Positions 32,259-42,545 of a stretch of DNA of 64,000 nucleotides are shown here, piece by piece. A model generated the notes under the pieces. That model did no database searches. It was given only the letters and a program-made list of their open reading frames with translations, and was not told where the DNA came from. Where the stretch lies: NCBI GenBank assembly GCA_963727625.1, contig CAVSHR010000004.1, positions 1,408,001 to 1,472,000 on the forward strand. Direction: 5' to 3'. Every line of letters begins with the position of its first letter. Positions within the stretch are counted from its first letter, which is position 1. The position numbers and the translations under genes were made by a program. The stretch is from an uncultured delta proteobacterium (GTDB lineage Bacteria > Desulfobacterota > Binatia > UBA9968).

Positions 32259-33769
32259 GGATTTACCTCCTTCCTCCCGACCGGTGACAGATAGCGCCCC
32301 GCGGCAATTTCCAGGGCGACATGCATATCGGCTAACTGGCGCTTGAGATCGACAAGCTCCATTTGTTTCGAAACTAACTCGGCTCGCGCATTGTAATAGG
32401 TCAAGATATCGGCGTTGCCTTGGCGTAACGCCTCGCGATAGGACTCGGTCACTTTTTGCAGTGTCGGAATCGCGCGTTCGGTGGCCTCGCTCTGGCGCCG
32501 CAAGGATCTCATATCGGCGAGAATCCGCGCGACTTCGCCGCGGGCTTCAAACAGGCGCACGACATACTCGTCGAAGAGCTTGGCCCGGGTAGCCTTTTCG
32601 ATCGCGATGGCACCCTGGTTGCGGTCGAAAAGAGGAAGATCGATGGTGATTCCGAAACCCGTAGTTACGATGTTGCTGGTATCGCCGGCGCGCGAAAAGC
32701 CGAGGCTAATTTTTGGAAACTGCGCCAATACCGCTGATCCCAGCCGTTCCTCTTGACTCTGATATCCCTGCTTGAGCGCGAGCAGATCGAGGCGCGACCG
32801 CTCGAGTCCGCCGACGAGCTCGGCGGCGGGCGGCAGAAGTTGCGGCTCGGGCGGGCTTATTTTTGTCTCAAGCGCAATGAACTCCTCCGAGGGAAAACCT
32901 AGCAATTGATTGAGCGCCATGCGCTCCTGCTCGCGCTGTTGATCCAGCGCGAGCACGGACGCGTGCATTTTTTGCAAGGCCGCCTCCGCGGCAGCCAAGT
33001 CGACTACCGTGACGAAACCGAGGTCCGCAGCTCGTTTAACGAGATCGAGATTCTCCCCAAGTCTTACCTCCTCTTGTCCGGCAATCTCCAACTGCCGGTC
33101 GAAGAAATACAGATGATACACTTGGAGCTTTGCAGCTTGGGCGGTCTGCCATTCTTGCCAGGCGATATCGAGATCCACCGAACTCGCATCGGCTCTGGCG
33201 GCGGCTATTTTGGCGCCCCGTGTAATGAGCGAAGTAATTTCCCAGCTCAAGTCCACACCGAAAGCATTGACCAATCCTGGCGTCGTAGTTCCGCCGGTGG
33301 GTACATCGAGTTTATAAGAAAGCTGCGGGTTGGGCAGAATCCCAGCCTGCAGAAGCTGCGCCTCCGCGATCCCCCTTTGATCCCGGCTGGCGCGCAGTTT
33401 TGGATTTGCGATCACCGCCAAGATCGCCGCTTCGTCAGGCGAGAGCCCGTCGTTGATATTGAAATCGAGCGCTCGCAATATCGGATGATGAATCGTTTTC
33501 GCCTGAACCCGGATGACTTCCGTGCTCGGTGGCGCAAGCTTCGCCGCAACCGACCGTTGGTCGAGCGGCTGCGGCGTATAGGAGGCGCAACCCGACAGTA
33601 AGGCCGGCAACAAGCAAAGGCAGGATGCGCCGCTCGTTACGGTTTTCTTGAACCTGGCGGTTTGCCAAAATGCGCCCGTGAAGTGCTTCGCCCGAATCCG
33701 TTGAACGAAAAACGATTGAATGAAATTAAACTTCTTGCGCGCGTGTTGAGCCTGCTGAAACATGGTCAA
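32255..33769 (-). CDS. TolC-family outer membrane lipoprotein
   Basis: lipobox LLSGC, AGILPNPQLS, LPLFDRNQG; start uncertain. Confidence 0.9.
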   Translation of the reverse strand: MTMFQQAQHARKKFNFIQSFFVQRIRAKHFTGAFWQTARFKKTVTSGASCLCLLPALLSGCASYTPQPLDQRSVAAKLAPPSTEVIRVQAKTIHHPILRALDFNINDGLSPDEAAILAVIANPKLRASRDQRGIAEAQLLQAGILPNPQLSYKLDVPTGGTTTPGLVNAFGVDLSWEITSLITRGAKIAAARADASSVDLDIAWQEWQTAQAAKLQVYHLYFFDRQLEIAGQEEVRLGENLDLVKRAADLGFVTVVDLAAAEAALQKMHASVLALDQQREQERMALNQLLGFPSEEFIALETKISPPEPQLLPPAAELVGGLERSRLDLLALKQGYQSQEERLGSAVLAQFPKISLGFSRAGDTSNIVTTGFGITIDLPLFDRNQGAIAIEKATRAKLFDEYVVRLFEARGEVARILADMRSLRRQSEATERAIPTLQKVTESYREALRQGNADILTYYNARAELVSKQMELVDLKRQLADMHVALEIAAGRYLSPVGRKEVNP

Positions 33770-33853
33770 TATTTTTTCAAGAACCTGCTGGGAATTCGAT
33801 GGTCGAACCGAGCCGTGCGTGCAATGCCTAGCCCCGCCATCGACGCTCAGTCG

Positions 33854-34435
33854 CTAACCATTTGCGATCTTAGTGACGCTTTCGCCGCAAAGCGCGCCTA
33901 GTTCGATCCGGCAAGATTCCAGCACGTCCGTCGCCGCGACGCCGGATTGGCGGAAGACGATGCGCGCCAGGCTTGGCGGCGGAGCCCACCGTGCGAAATT
34001 TGCCTGGAGAAACAAGACGACAGTTCTGACCCGCAAGGCGCAAGCCAAATGAGCCGGACCACTGTCACAGGCGACAATCAGATCGCAGTGAGTGACCATC
34101 GAAGCCACACTTCTGATATTCGGCTCGAAAACAACCGGCACCCGATGGCCCAATACGGATTGCAGATAGACCAGGGTTTCCGTTTCCTCGGGCCCGACGA
34201 AGTCGAGCGTCGCCTGGGGAAAGTATTTGCGCAGAAACAAGATGGCCGGTGTCGCCAATATTAAATCGCCCATGCGAAAGAGACTGCGGACCAGCAAAAT
34301 CCTGTTGATATCCTCGCCTCGGAGATCGGTCTTCTGAACGCTCGCGCCGGCCGTGATCCCATTCGGTGCCCACATGACGCCGGCGCGAAATCTTCGATCG
34401 AGAAAAAAGCGAAACGCTTCACGGCTCTCTTTCAT
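33854..34435 (-). pseudogene. GT9 (heptosyltransferase-like) glycosyltransferase with a large internal in-frame deletion
   Basis: RILLVR..RMGDLILATP..LRKYFPQA joined directly to CDSGPAHLACAL; only 193 aa. Confidence 0.7.
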
Positions 34436-34530
34436 TCGCCATTCTTACCAATGCTTTGTTCCATGCAATAAGTTTTACCCAGAGCGAATGGCGAAGTCAC
34501 ACGCAAGCGTTGCCTGTAGCTTGCCTCAAA

Positions 34531-34551
34531 ATTACAGATTGGAAAGGTTTG
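34531..34551 (-). promoter_or_regulatory. Candidate OmpR-family (cop-box-like) binding site upstream of GT9-TolC-RND-ArnT
   Basis: ATTACAGATTGGAAAGGTTTG; 19/21 identical to 35984-36004. Confidence 0.6.
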
Positions 34552-34924
34552 CTGCGAGCAGTGAAGAATACGGCCGCAGCGGATTTGTGGATTCGTTATC
34601 GTCAACGCACGGGCGAAGTTTGCTCCTGTACCTCCAGTGGCTCCGGTTTGTTCGTCAAGGCGACCGCGTAATCGTTTTTCGGCGACTAAAAAACACCCCC
34701 GTGCAAAGCCGCGAGACGGTAGTTGTTTCGTTCTGAGATCGGAAACCCGTCTAGCAATAATGGGCTAAGCGCCGCGCTCTCAGTCATCGCGATCTCGCTT
34801 GGATCAGTGCCGAGTCGCGTCCGCCAAAATTCGCCGCGACGGCGAATTCAATAAGCCGTTTTCGAACGAGTCGCCGGAGCAACGACAGCCTTTTCAGAGA
34901 TAATCGACCTATCCTCGGCTATAG

Positions 34925-35725
34925 CTATGGAGCGATCAGCTTGCGCATCACTCTGCCGGCAAACAAGGTATGCAGCCGGCGCGGCGTAAATTTGAGAAGC
35001 CTTACGAGCATCCGATTGTGCCAACCGGGAATGGTTACCGAAGTTTTCCCGAGTTTCCTTAAAGCCGTCCGGACGACGGGTTGCACCGCCATCGCCGCGA
35101 CCGCGGGTGATCCGGCCAAAGCGTGAAATTCGGTCTCCGTCGACCCCGGACACAGCGCTAAGACTTCCACGCCAGAATCTTCCAGCTCGTACCGGAGAGA
35201 TTCCGCCAGGAAGAGTTCGTAAACCTTGCTCGCTGAGTATGTCGCTTCGAAGGGAGTGGCGAGGTAGCCACTTACCGACGAAACCATAATAATTCCGCCT
35301 CGCTTGCGCTTTGCCATTTGGCGCGCGAAGACATGGCTCAATAACAGCGGCGCCCGGCAGTTGACGTTCAACAGATCCAACTCTCTCTCCATTTCATGCT
35401 CGATAAATCTTCCCGCCAGCCCGAATCCGGCGTTGTTGACCAAAAGGCCGATTTCTAGGGAAACTGTTTCGGCCAGAATGACGTGCAGAAAATCCGCTTG
35501 AGTTAAGTCGACGGCAATCACTTTGGTTTGAATGTTGGTCTCGTGTTCCAGCCGCTGCGCCAAGTCATTGAGCCGTTGCTTGCGTCGGGCCACGAGAACC
35601 AAATTAAATTTCTGTTCGGCCAATTGCCGGGCAAACTCAGCGCCGATGCCGGCGGAGGCACCGGTGACAAGCGCCCATGGTCCGAAGCGTTGCAAAAAAC
35701 GAGAATCGCCATTTACCCCACTCAC
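34925..35725 (-). CDS. Short-chain dehydrogenase/reductase
   Basis: TGASAGIG, NNAG, YSASK; GGAGG upstream of GTG 35725. Confidence 0.9.
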   Translation of the reverse strand: MSGVNGDSRFLQRFGPWALVTGASAGIGAEFARQLAEQKFNLVLVARRKQRLNDLAQRLEHETNIQTKVIAVDLTQADFLHVILAETVSLEIGLLVNNAGFGLAGRFIEHEMERELDLLNVNCRAPLLLSHVFARQMAKRKRGGIIMVSSVSGYLATPFEATYSASKVYELFLAESLRYELEDSGVEVLALCPGSTETEFHALAGSPAVAAMAVQPVVRTALRKLGKTSVTIPGWHNRMLVRLLKFTPRRLHTLFAGRVMRKLIAP

Positions 35726-35983
35726 ACTAAACCTCCCGCGGCCGGCAGCGAATATTTTACCCGCAAGCTTGCAAACAGCCCGAATGACCTTCGATGTTGC
35801 CGCAACGAAGACGTCGTCATTCTTTCCAACGTGCACCGGTCGCTACGGTTCCGTTTCGGTCGCATTCTCGCTTGCATAGAATTCCGTACAGGCCTGCAGT
35901 GATTACCGGCTTACCCCTACGACAAATCTAACGGGCGAGCGACGCGAAGTAACGCGGCAACGTGACCGGGAGCTTTCCGCCGG

Positions 35984-36004
35984 ATTACAGATCTGAAAGG
36001 TTTG
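35984..36004 (-). promoter_or_regulatory. Candidate OmpR-family (cop-box-like) binding site upstream of the SDR
   Basis: ATTACAGATCTGAAAGGTTTG. Confidence 0.6.
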
Positions 36005-36010
36005 ACGAGA

Positions 36011-37423
36011 TTAGGTTGAAACGAGCGGACTGAGCGGCAGAGAGAGCGTGAAAACCGATCCGTTTTCCGGCGTGCTTTGGACATCGACGGTGCCATGGTG
36101 AGCGTGAACGACGGCTTTAACCAAGCTCAAGCCGAGGCCGAGCCCCGGCTGAGAGCGGCTTTTGTCGCCGCGGTAAAGGCGATCCCAAATTTTGGCAAAG
36201 TCTTCCGGCGCGATCGATACGCCGGTGTCTTCGAAGCTGATGATCGTGCGCGTCGGCTCCTGGCGCGCTCGGATGATCACTTGGCCACCGTCGGAATTGT
36301 ACTTGATGGCGTTGTCCATGAGATTTGCGAAGACCTGGCGCATACGATTTTGGTCCGCGGTGATGATCATGTCCGGTGAACCGTTGACCGATATCGATAT
36401 GTTTTTTTCCTCGGCGACATATTGATAGAGCTCGGCCACCTCGGCGAGCATTTTGGCCAAATCGAGCTTTTCCGGATTGAGACGCATCGTGCCGGTTTCG
36501 GCTTCGGAAACATCCATGAGCGAGTTAAGCAACGATAGTATTCGATCCGATTCTTCGATGCTGTTAGCGAGCGCTTCGCGGTATTGCTCCGGATCCGGTC
36601 GGCCCTGCAGCGCCACCTCAGCCGCGCCGCGTAAGCGCGTTATCGGCGTTCTCAGGTCGTGTGCGACATTGTCAAGCGATTCTTTCATGGCTGTAATCAG
36701 CGCCTCGATCCGACCGAGCATTTGGTTAAACAACATAGTGAGATCGTCTAATTCATCGCCGCGACCGCTTTCGGGAACGCGCGCGTTTACGTTACCGGTA
36801 ACAACAATCGATTGAATGACTTGGGAAAGATGGCGCACGGGCCGCAGCGCGCGAAACGCTAGAAAACTGCCGCCAGCCAGGCCGATGACGATCATGCCGA
36901 TCGTCACGCCGATGATCGTGTCGCGGTAATGCTCCAGGATCTCCTTACGATCCTGGATTTCCTTACCGACTTGCAGCAAGAAATCGCCCGGCAAACTCAC
37001 GGTCATCACTTCGAGCACGTCTCTATCTTCGGACGATGGCACGTATTGCCAAATGCCATTGGCAGCTGAGTTTCGAGAAACCGAATAAAACTCTTTCCAG
37101 ATTTTTGGATTGCTCTCGTAACTGACGGCGCCATGGTTATCGATCACGCGGATCACAACCCCTTTGCGACTGTAGTTGGGGTATCGGTTCGTATCCAATT
37201 GACCGATCGAGTGTACGCTATCCTGTTTCGCGATAGCTTTGAGCTCCTTCACCTTTGCCTGAATGATTTTGCTGTTGTCACGCACTGCCGAGGACAGATA
37301 AACATAGGAAATAATCGAGAGCGCCACCGTGATGACGAGGAAACTCACCGCGTACCAAATCGTCAGACGCAGGGCGAGGCTGTTTTTTATTCGGCTACTC
37401 GATTTTAAGCGCATATCCAACAC
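36011..37423 (-). CDS. HAMP-domain sensor histidine kinase (CusS/CzcS-like)
   Basis: two TM helices, HAMP, AHDLRTP, NLMDNAIKY, GLGLGLS. Confidence 0.93.
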   Translation of the reverse strand: MLDMRLKSSSRIKNSLALRLTIWYAVSFLVITVALSIISYVYLSSAVRDNSKIIQAKVKELKAIAKQDSVHSIGQLDTNRYPNYSRKGVVIRVIDNHGAVSYESNPKIWKEFYSVSRNSAANGIWQYVPSSEDRDVLEVMTVSLPGDFLLQVGKEIQDRKEILEHYRDTIIGVTIGMIVIGLAGGSFLAFRALRPVRHLSQVIQSIVVTGNVNARVPESGRGDELDDLTMLFNQMLGRIEALITAMKESLDNVAHDLRTPITRLRGAAEVALQGRPDPEQYREALANSIEESDRILSLLNSLMDVSEAETGTMRLNPEKLDLAKMLAEVAELYQYVAEEKNISISVNGSPDMIITADQNRMRQVFANLMDNAIKYNSDGGQVIIRARQEPTRTIISFEDTGVSIAPEDFAKIWDRLYRGDKSRSQPGLGLGLSLVKAVVHAHHGTVDVQSTPENGSVFTLSLPLSPLVST

Positions 37424-38069
37424 CTCTATGCGTGTGAATCAGCTTGTTATTAAAATCCCGGTCGATTTTGTTGCGCAAACGCGATACCAGCACGTCTACA
37501 ATGTTAGTCATCGGGTCAAAATCGTAGCCCCACACATGTGCGATGATCATCGTCTTGGAAACAACCTTACCGGCATTGCGCATTAGATATTCCAGCAGGG
37601 CGAACTCACGAGGCTGCAAATCGATCTTCTGCCCCGCCCGATCGACCTCCCGGCTCAACAAGTCCAACCGAAGATCCCCGAATCGGACCTCGGTGGGCTC
37701 GGGCGTACGATGGCTTCGGCGAATCAACGCCTGGACGCGAGCGAGCAACTCCACGAATGAGAACGGTTTGGTCAGGTAGTCGTCGCCGCCGCCTTGCAGG
37801 CCTTTGACGCGATCGTCGACCGATCGTTTGGCGCTCAAGACGATAACCGGCGTAAGAATTTTTCGCTCTCGAAGACGGGCGATCATGGTCAAACCGTCGA
37901 TTTCCGGCAGCATGATATCCACGATCGCAGCGTCATATTCGAATGCGATCGCCCGTTTGAGCCCTTTTTCCCCATCCGCAGCGTGATCAACGGCAAAGCC
38001 CGCCTGCGTCAATCCCTTGACCACGAACGAGGCGATCTTCTTGTCATCTTCGACGACTAGAATCCGCAT
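37395..38069 (-). CDS. OmpR-family response regulator (CusR/CopR-like)
   Basis: RILVVEDD, DIMLP, DDYLTKPF, REFALLEYL, HTHRGVGY. Confidence 0.95.
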   Translation of the reverse strand: MRILVVEDDKKIASFVVKGLTQAGFAVDHAADGEKGLKRAIAFEYDAAIVDIMLPEIDGLTMIARLRERKILTPVIVLSAKRSVDDRVKGLQGGGDDYLTKPFSFVELLARVQALIRRSHRTPEPTEVRFGDLRLDLLSREVDRAGQKIDLQPREFALLEYLMRNAGKVVSKTMIIAHVWGYDFDPMTNIVDVLVSRLRNKIDRDFNNKLIHTHRGVGYALKIE

Positions 38070-38400
38070 CGACTTTCTGTCCAAATTGCTTCCACTGCTA
38101 CCGCCAAAATTGTAGAAAATAATGTAACCAGACTCGGTGCTTCAATGCGATCACATGGACTCTTTGGCCCTCGGGACGAAATGCGCACGAATTCGTTTAA
38201 GAACAGACTGGCATTCCAGAGCGGAAAACGCAAAAATTAGCCCCTCCGGAGAATATTAACCCTCCGGCCCGGGTCCCCGCGCAATAAAATCGAAACCTGT
38301 TTTGGATGAAAACAACGTGCCGGTCTACAAGCTAGCCGTCGTTGCAACATCGCGCCTGGCCAAAAGCTTGAATCAAACCAACGACGAGCACCGTGACGAA

Positions 38401-39372
38401 CTATGATTTCAGTGCCTCGGGATTCAAAACATGCCCCGGTTTGCCGGCGACGAAAGATACGATGTCGTCGACCACCACGGCGTAATATTCCTCGTAGCTT
38501 TCGCGGGTGACGTAGCCGAGGTGAGGCGTGCAGGTGACGTTGTCCATCTTGAGCAGAGGATGATTCACGTCGAGCACAGGCTCGACGTTGTAGACATCCA
38601 CCGCCGCCATGCCCGGCCGGCCGGCTTTGAGCGCCTCTTCCAAAGCGTCCTTGGCGATCAGCCCGGAGCGGCTGGCATTCACGATCAACGCGCTCGATTT
38701 CATCCGCGTGAGATCCGCGCCCGTGACAATGCCGCGGGTTTCCTTGTTGAGCGGCAGATGCAAACTCAGGATATCGGCCTCGGCGAAGAAATCTTCACGG
38801 CTCTTCGCCACCTCGAAGCCTGCGGTCTTCGCCCGTCCCGTCGAGCCTTCCCGCCCCCAGCACAACACCCGCGCTCCGAAGGCCTTCCCCGCGGCGGCGA
38901 CGATGCTGCCGATCTTGCCGTATGCGTAGATGCCTAGGGTCTTGCCGTTGACACCGATGCCGAGGGTCGACTGCCATTGGCCCTCTTTCAACCGCCGTAC
39001 TTCATACGGTAGATGGCGCAGCGCGCTGAGGATCAACCCCCAAGTCAACTCCGCGGTCGCATGTGGATTGCCGCTGCCGCCCGCCGACACGACGACCCCA
39101 TTCTCTGTGCACGCCGCTAAATCGATATGCGCCGCCGCCCGGCCGGTCTGGCCGATCAATTTCAATTTCGGCAGCTTTTCGATCAACGCCCGTGAAAAGG
39201 CCGTGCGTTGCTGTGTCAGCACGACGGCGTCGGCGTCTCTCAAACGGTCGGCGATTTTTTCAATGTCGGTCTCAGGCTCGGTGTATACGATCACCTCGTG
39301 GCCGCTTAGCTTGGGATAACATTTCAAAGTTTTGAATGCGTTTTGGTAATCGTCGATCACGGCGATTTTCAT
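38401..39372 (-). CDS. D-2-hydroxyacid dehydrogenase family protein
   Basis: AELTWGLIL, YGKIG, VNASR, DVYNVEP, TPHLGYVT. Confidence 0.92.
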   Translation of the reverse strand: MKIAVIDDYQNAFKTLKCYPKLSGHEVIVYTEPETDIEKIADRLRDADAVVLTQQRTAFSRALIEKLPKLKLIGQTGRAAAHIDLAACTENGVVVSAGGSGNPHATAELTWGLILSALRHLPYEVRRLKEGQWQSTLGIGVNGKTLGIYAYGKIGSIVAAAGKAFGARVLCWGREGSTGRAKTAGFEVAKSREDFFAEADILSLHLPLNKETRGIVTGADLTRMKSSALIVNASRSGLIAKDALEEALKAGRPGMAAVDVYNVEPVLDVNHPLLKMDNVTCTPHLGYVTRESYEEYYAVVVDDIVSFVAGKPGHVLNPEALKS

Positions 39373-39387
39373 GACGGTATCCTCTCT

Positions 39388-39473
39388 TTTTTGTGATCTT
39401 TGGGCTCAGCTTTTTTGCGTACTTTGCGCGGCACCAGTTCCTTGTATTCGCTCAGGACAAGCTTTGCGGTTAA
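39388..39473. repeat. CTTTGCG-type repeat array containing a second palindromic repeat
   Basis: TTTGCG/CTTTGCG at 39414, 39422, 39462; TCCTTGTATTCGCTCAGGACAAG at 39439-39461. Confidence 0.4.
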
Positions 39474-39584
39474 TTATTGAGGTTTGTAAAATATTGTGAC
39501 GGATCGCAATGCTTTTTCCCCTATGAATGTCGGCCAAAAGCTAGTCACTATAATCTGCAAACATCAATAATCCAAATCTCTAAA

Positions 39585-39607
39585 AGGGCGATGAATTGCG
39601 CCCCTAC
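39585..39607 (-). repeat. GTAG-type REP element
   Basis: reverse strand GTAGGGGCGCAATTCATCGCCCT. Confidence 0.55.
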
Positions 39608-39632
39608 TCTGTAACCGATGCGCCCTTCGCGG

Positions 39633-40547
39633 TTAATTCCCTCTTTGCAATTCCGCCACATAATCGCGTAGCCCCGCCTCCAATTTATATTCCGGATTGA
39701 ACCCCAGCTCGGTGCGCGCTCTCGTGATATCCATGCGCGGGCGCGCGGGCGTGAGCTTGCCGCGCTTCATATCGATAGCCGGAAAAATGGTTTTGAGCGC
39801 TCCTTCGACATCCTCCACAGTCGTCAATACCCCGCTGCCGAGATTATAAATCTGGTGTGGCAGCGGCGCCGTATGCGCCGCAAGAGCGATGCCGTTGGCC
39901 AAGTCCTTGGCGTAAATAAAATCGACGCTCGCGTAAACATTGAGCTCCACCGGTTTGCCCGCCATCGCGTCCCAAACCGCCCGTTGCACCGCTACACCCG
40001 GCCCGCCGGCAACAGAATAATAGCCGTACACACCCGCAAAGCGCAGCAACACCAGCTCGATTTTGTGCCGCGCCGCGTAGGTTCTCAGCACATGCTCGCA
40101 ACCGAGCTTCGAGGCGTTGTACACCCGACCGCGGCTGTCCAGCGGCGAATCTTCATAAAGCAATTCCTTGGGATCCTCGCCAACGTAGAGCGCTTGCGTG
40201 CTGGCGTGAACCACCCGCCGCACACCCATAAGCCGCGCGGCTTCGGCGACGTTGATCGTTGCCACCAGATTCACTTGAAAGCCGGCGTAGACGTTGTCGA
40301 TGTTGGCTTCACCCACCGACGCTGCCAGATGAATCACGCACTCCGGACGAACCCGCTGAAACGCGTCCACCAACGCTGCCAAATCACGGATGTCACCACG
40401 AAACACCGGCAGATCACGACCCGTCACTTGGCGGATGTAATCCGGCCGCGGCGCGAAATCGAAAAACGTCACTTCATCGCCGCGTTCGATCAACTCATTG
40501 GCCGCGTGCGTGCCGATCAAGCCGGCCCCGGTAATCAAAACTCGCAT
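39633..40547 (-). CDS. NAD-dependent epimerase/dehydratase (extended SDR)
   Basis: [18 protein letters not shown]; GGAGG upstream of ATG 40547. Confidence 0.9.
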   Translation of the reverse strand: MRVLITGAGLIGTHAANELIERGDEVTFFDFAPRPDYIRQVTGRDLPVFRGDIRDLAALVDAFQRVRPECVIHLAASVGEANIDNVYAGFQVNLVATINVAEAARLMGVRRVVHASTQALYVGEDPKELLYEDSPLDSRGRVYNASKLGCEHVLRTYAARHKIELVLLRFAGVYGYYSVAGGPGVAVQRAVWDAMAGKPVELNVYASVDFIYAKDLANGIALAAHTAPLPHQIYNLGSGVLTTVEDVEGALKTIFPAIDMKRGKLTPARPRMDITRARTELGFNPEYKLEAGLRDYVAELQRGN

Positions 40548-40565
40548 CGTAGTCCTCCAGGATTC

Positions 40566-40653
40566 TTGAACCCGTTCAAGGTTCAAAAGTTCAAGGGTTC
40601 AAGGCAGGACTCAGATCTTACCTTTGAACTTTGAACGCTTGAACCCTTGAACG
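40566..40653. repeat. Inverted tandem arrays (GTTCAA)x4 / (TTGAAC)x4
   Basis: GTTCAA at 40574, 40581, 40589, 40597; TTGAAC at 40624, 40631, 40639, 40647. Confidence 0.8.
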
Positions 40654-40658
40654 ATCAT

Positions 40659-41705
40659 TTACCCGGCCACCTTCAACTTATAGAACCGCCGTGGATTATC
40701 GAAAAGAATTTTTCGTGGCAACGGCTCCGGCAAGTCTTTTCGATTCACCAGCGTATCGATATCGCCGCTGAACTCGTCCCAAGGCCGCTCATGGGGAAAG
40801 TCCGACGCCCATAGCAACTGCCCCGAGCCGATCAACTCTGCCACCGTCGCCAAGGTACGTTCTTCGCGCTCGCATGCATAGAAAAGATTTCCGCCGCGCA
40901 TGATTTCGCTTGGCGATTGCTTGGTTGGATGCGGCCAACGAGCGCGCCGGTGCTCCCAGCTCTCATCCAAGCGATCTGCCAAATACGGCACCCAGCCACA
41001 ACCCGATTCAAGATAGGCGACTCGCAGCTTGGGAAACCGTTCGAACACGCCGTAGATCATCATGCTCGTCACCTGCTGCATCTGCGCGAACGGATGGCTC
41101 AGCGGATAAACTCCGGCAAAAGACTGTACGTGATCCAGCCCAAGCTCTACCGCCGGCCCGCTGTGCACGGCCAGCGGCACATCGAGACGCTCCGCCATCT
41201 GGTAAATCGGATCGAATTCCGGCAAACCGAGGCCGCGCATCGGGCTCATCACTCCCGGCAACATGCCGGCGACCATGCCGAACTCGCGCACAGCGCGTTC
41301 CAATTCCTTGGCCGCATCCACCGGGCCCTGCGGTGCAAGCAGCGCGACACCCTGAAAGCGCGGACTCACACTGAGAAAATCATGATGCAGCCAGTCGTTG
41401 TACGCCCGCGCCAGCGCCGTCGCCCAGTCCCGATCGCGCTGCAAGCCGATATTCAGGCCCTCGTTCGGATAGAGCACGGTCAGCGCGATCTCCGTTGCAT
41501 CGAGAAAGCGCAGCCAAAGGTCAACGCTGGGATGTTCCCGCCGTTGCGGCGACAAGGCTCCCCGCGCCCAGCCGTCCCAGGAAAATAACGGATACTCGCG
41601 CTTCCCCGGCACCGCGCGAAACTGTGGCGGCAAAAACTCTCGCAATTCACAATCGCGTTCGAGCACGTGACCGTCGGCGTCGATTACTGGAAAGGATCGT
41701 TTCAT
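40659..41705 (-). CDS. Amidohydrolase_2 family (decarboxylase/hydratase-type)
   Basis: IDADGHV, ARAYNDW, LAVH, ERFPKLRVAYLESG, WASDFPH. Confidence 0.9.
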   Translation of the reverse strand: MKRSFPVIDADGHVLERDCELREFLPPQFRAVPGKREYPLFSWDGWARGALSPQRREHPSVDLWLRFLDATEIALTVLYPNEGLNIGLQRDRDWATALARAYNDWLHHDFLSVSPRFQGVALLAPQGPVDAAKELERAVREFGMVAGMLPGVMSPMRGLGLPEFDPIYQMAERLDVPLAVHSGPAVELGLDHVQSFAGVYPLSHPFAQMQQVTSMMIYGVFERFPKLRVAYLESGCGWVPYLADRLDESWEHRRARWPHPTKQSPSEIMRGGNLFYACEREERTLATVAELIGSGQLLWASDFPHERPWDEFSGDIDTLVNRKDLPEPLPRKILFDNPRRFYKLKVAG

Positions 41706-41873
41706 GCAAACTCTTTTACTACCCGCCTCTCGGCATCGTCAACACAAACTGGAAGCTTGCGCGGAGGCTTCCTTGTTGACTAGTGAAATTGGCTGTAGGA
41801 TGTTTGAAGAATGGCATCGGTAAGGCCCTTCCGAGACGCACTGAAATGAGTCGCAACGCGCGAGAGGTACAAT

Positions 41874-42455
41874 ATGGCTAATGTAATTTCCATTCATCCT
41901 GCGGTCGATAGAGGCTTGAAACCCGCCGCGGCGAACTTCTCTGGCGGCACGCTGCTCTGTGCCTGCTCGGACAAGAAAGTCGCCGTCGCGATCGGCAGTC
42001 AGTGCGCGCACAACCATGTTTGCGGCTGCACCAAGTGCTGGAAGCCGGCCGGCGCGCTGTTCTCCCAAGTCGCCGTCGTGCCGCGAGAGAAAGTTCGCGT
42101 CACCGCCAACGCGGATAAACTTTCGGTGGTCGATTCAAACGCGGTAATCCAACGGCACGCGTGCAAGGGTTGCGGCGTGCACATGTATGGCAGGATCGAG
42201 AACGAAAAAAAACCATTCTTTGGCTTCGATTTCATTCACACCGAACTGTCTTCCGACGAAGGCTGGACGCCGCCTGAATTTGCCGCCTTTGTCTCCTCAA
42301 TCATCGAATCGGGCGCCGATCCGGCAAGCATGGGCGCGGTCAGAACAAGGCTCAAAGAATTGAAATTGGAGCCCTATGATTGCCTGTCCCCGGCGCTGAT
42401 GGACGCCATCGCCACGCACGCGGCGAAAGCATCCGGCGTTCTTGGCGGCAGATAG
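41874..42455 (+). CDS. gfa: S-(hydroxymethyl)glutathione synthase (formaldehyde-activating enzyme)
   Basis: [51 protein letters not shown]. Confidence 0.93.
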   Translation: MANVISIHPAVDRGLKPAAANFSGGTLLCACSDKKVAVAIGSQCAHNHVCGCTKCWKPAGALFSQVAVVPREKVRVTANADKLSVVDSNAVIQRHACKGCGVHMYGRIENEKKPFFGFDFIHTELSSDEGWTPPEFAAFVSSIIESGADPASMGAVRTRLKELKLEPYDCLSPALMDAIATHAAKASGVLGGR

Positions 42456-42545
42456 TGATCTGAAACCGCATCGCGCTCCGTAAAACCGGACGAGTGCGTC
42501 CTCGTAAGAATCCGGCAACTGGGCAAGATTGGCACGATTTCCCAT

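Noticed and set aside
40566-40653. Possible CRISPR array, since GTTCAA/TTGAAC resemble CRISPR repeat ends
   Set aside because: Units are 7-8 bp with no unique spacers, and there are no cas genes
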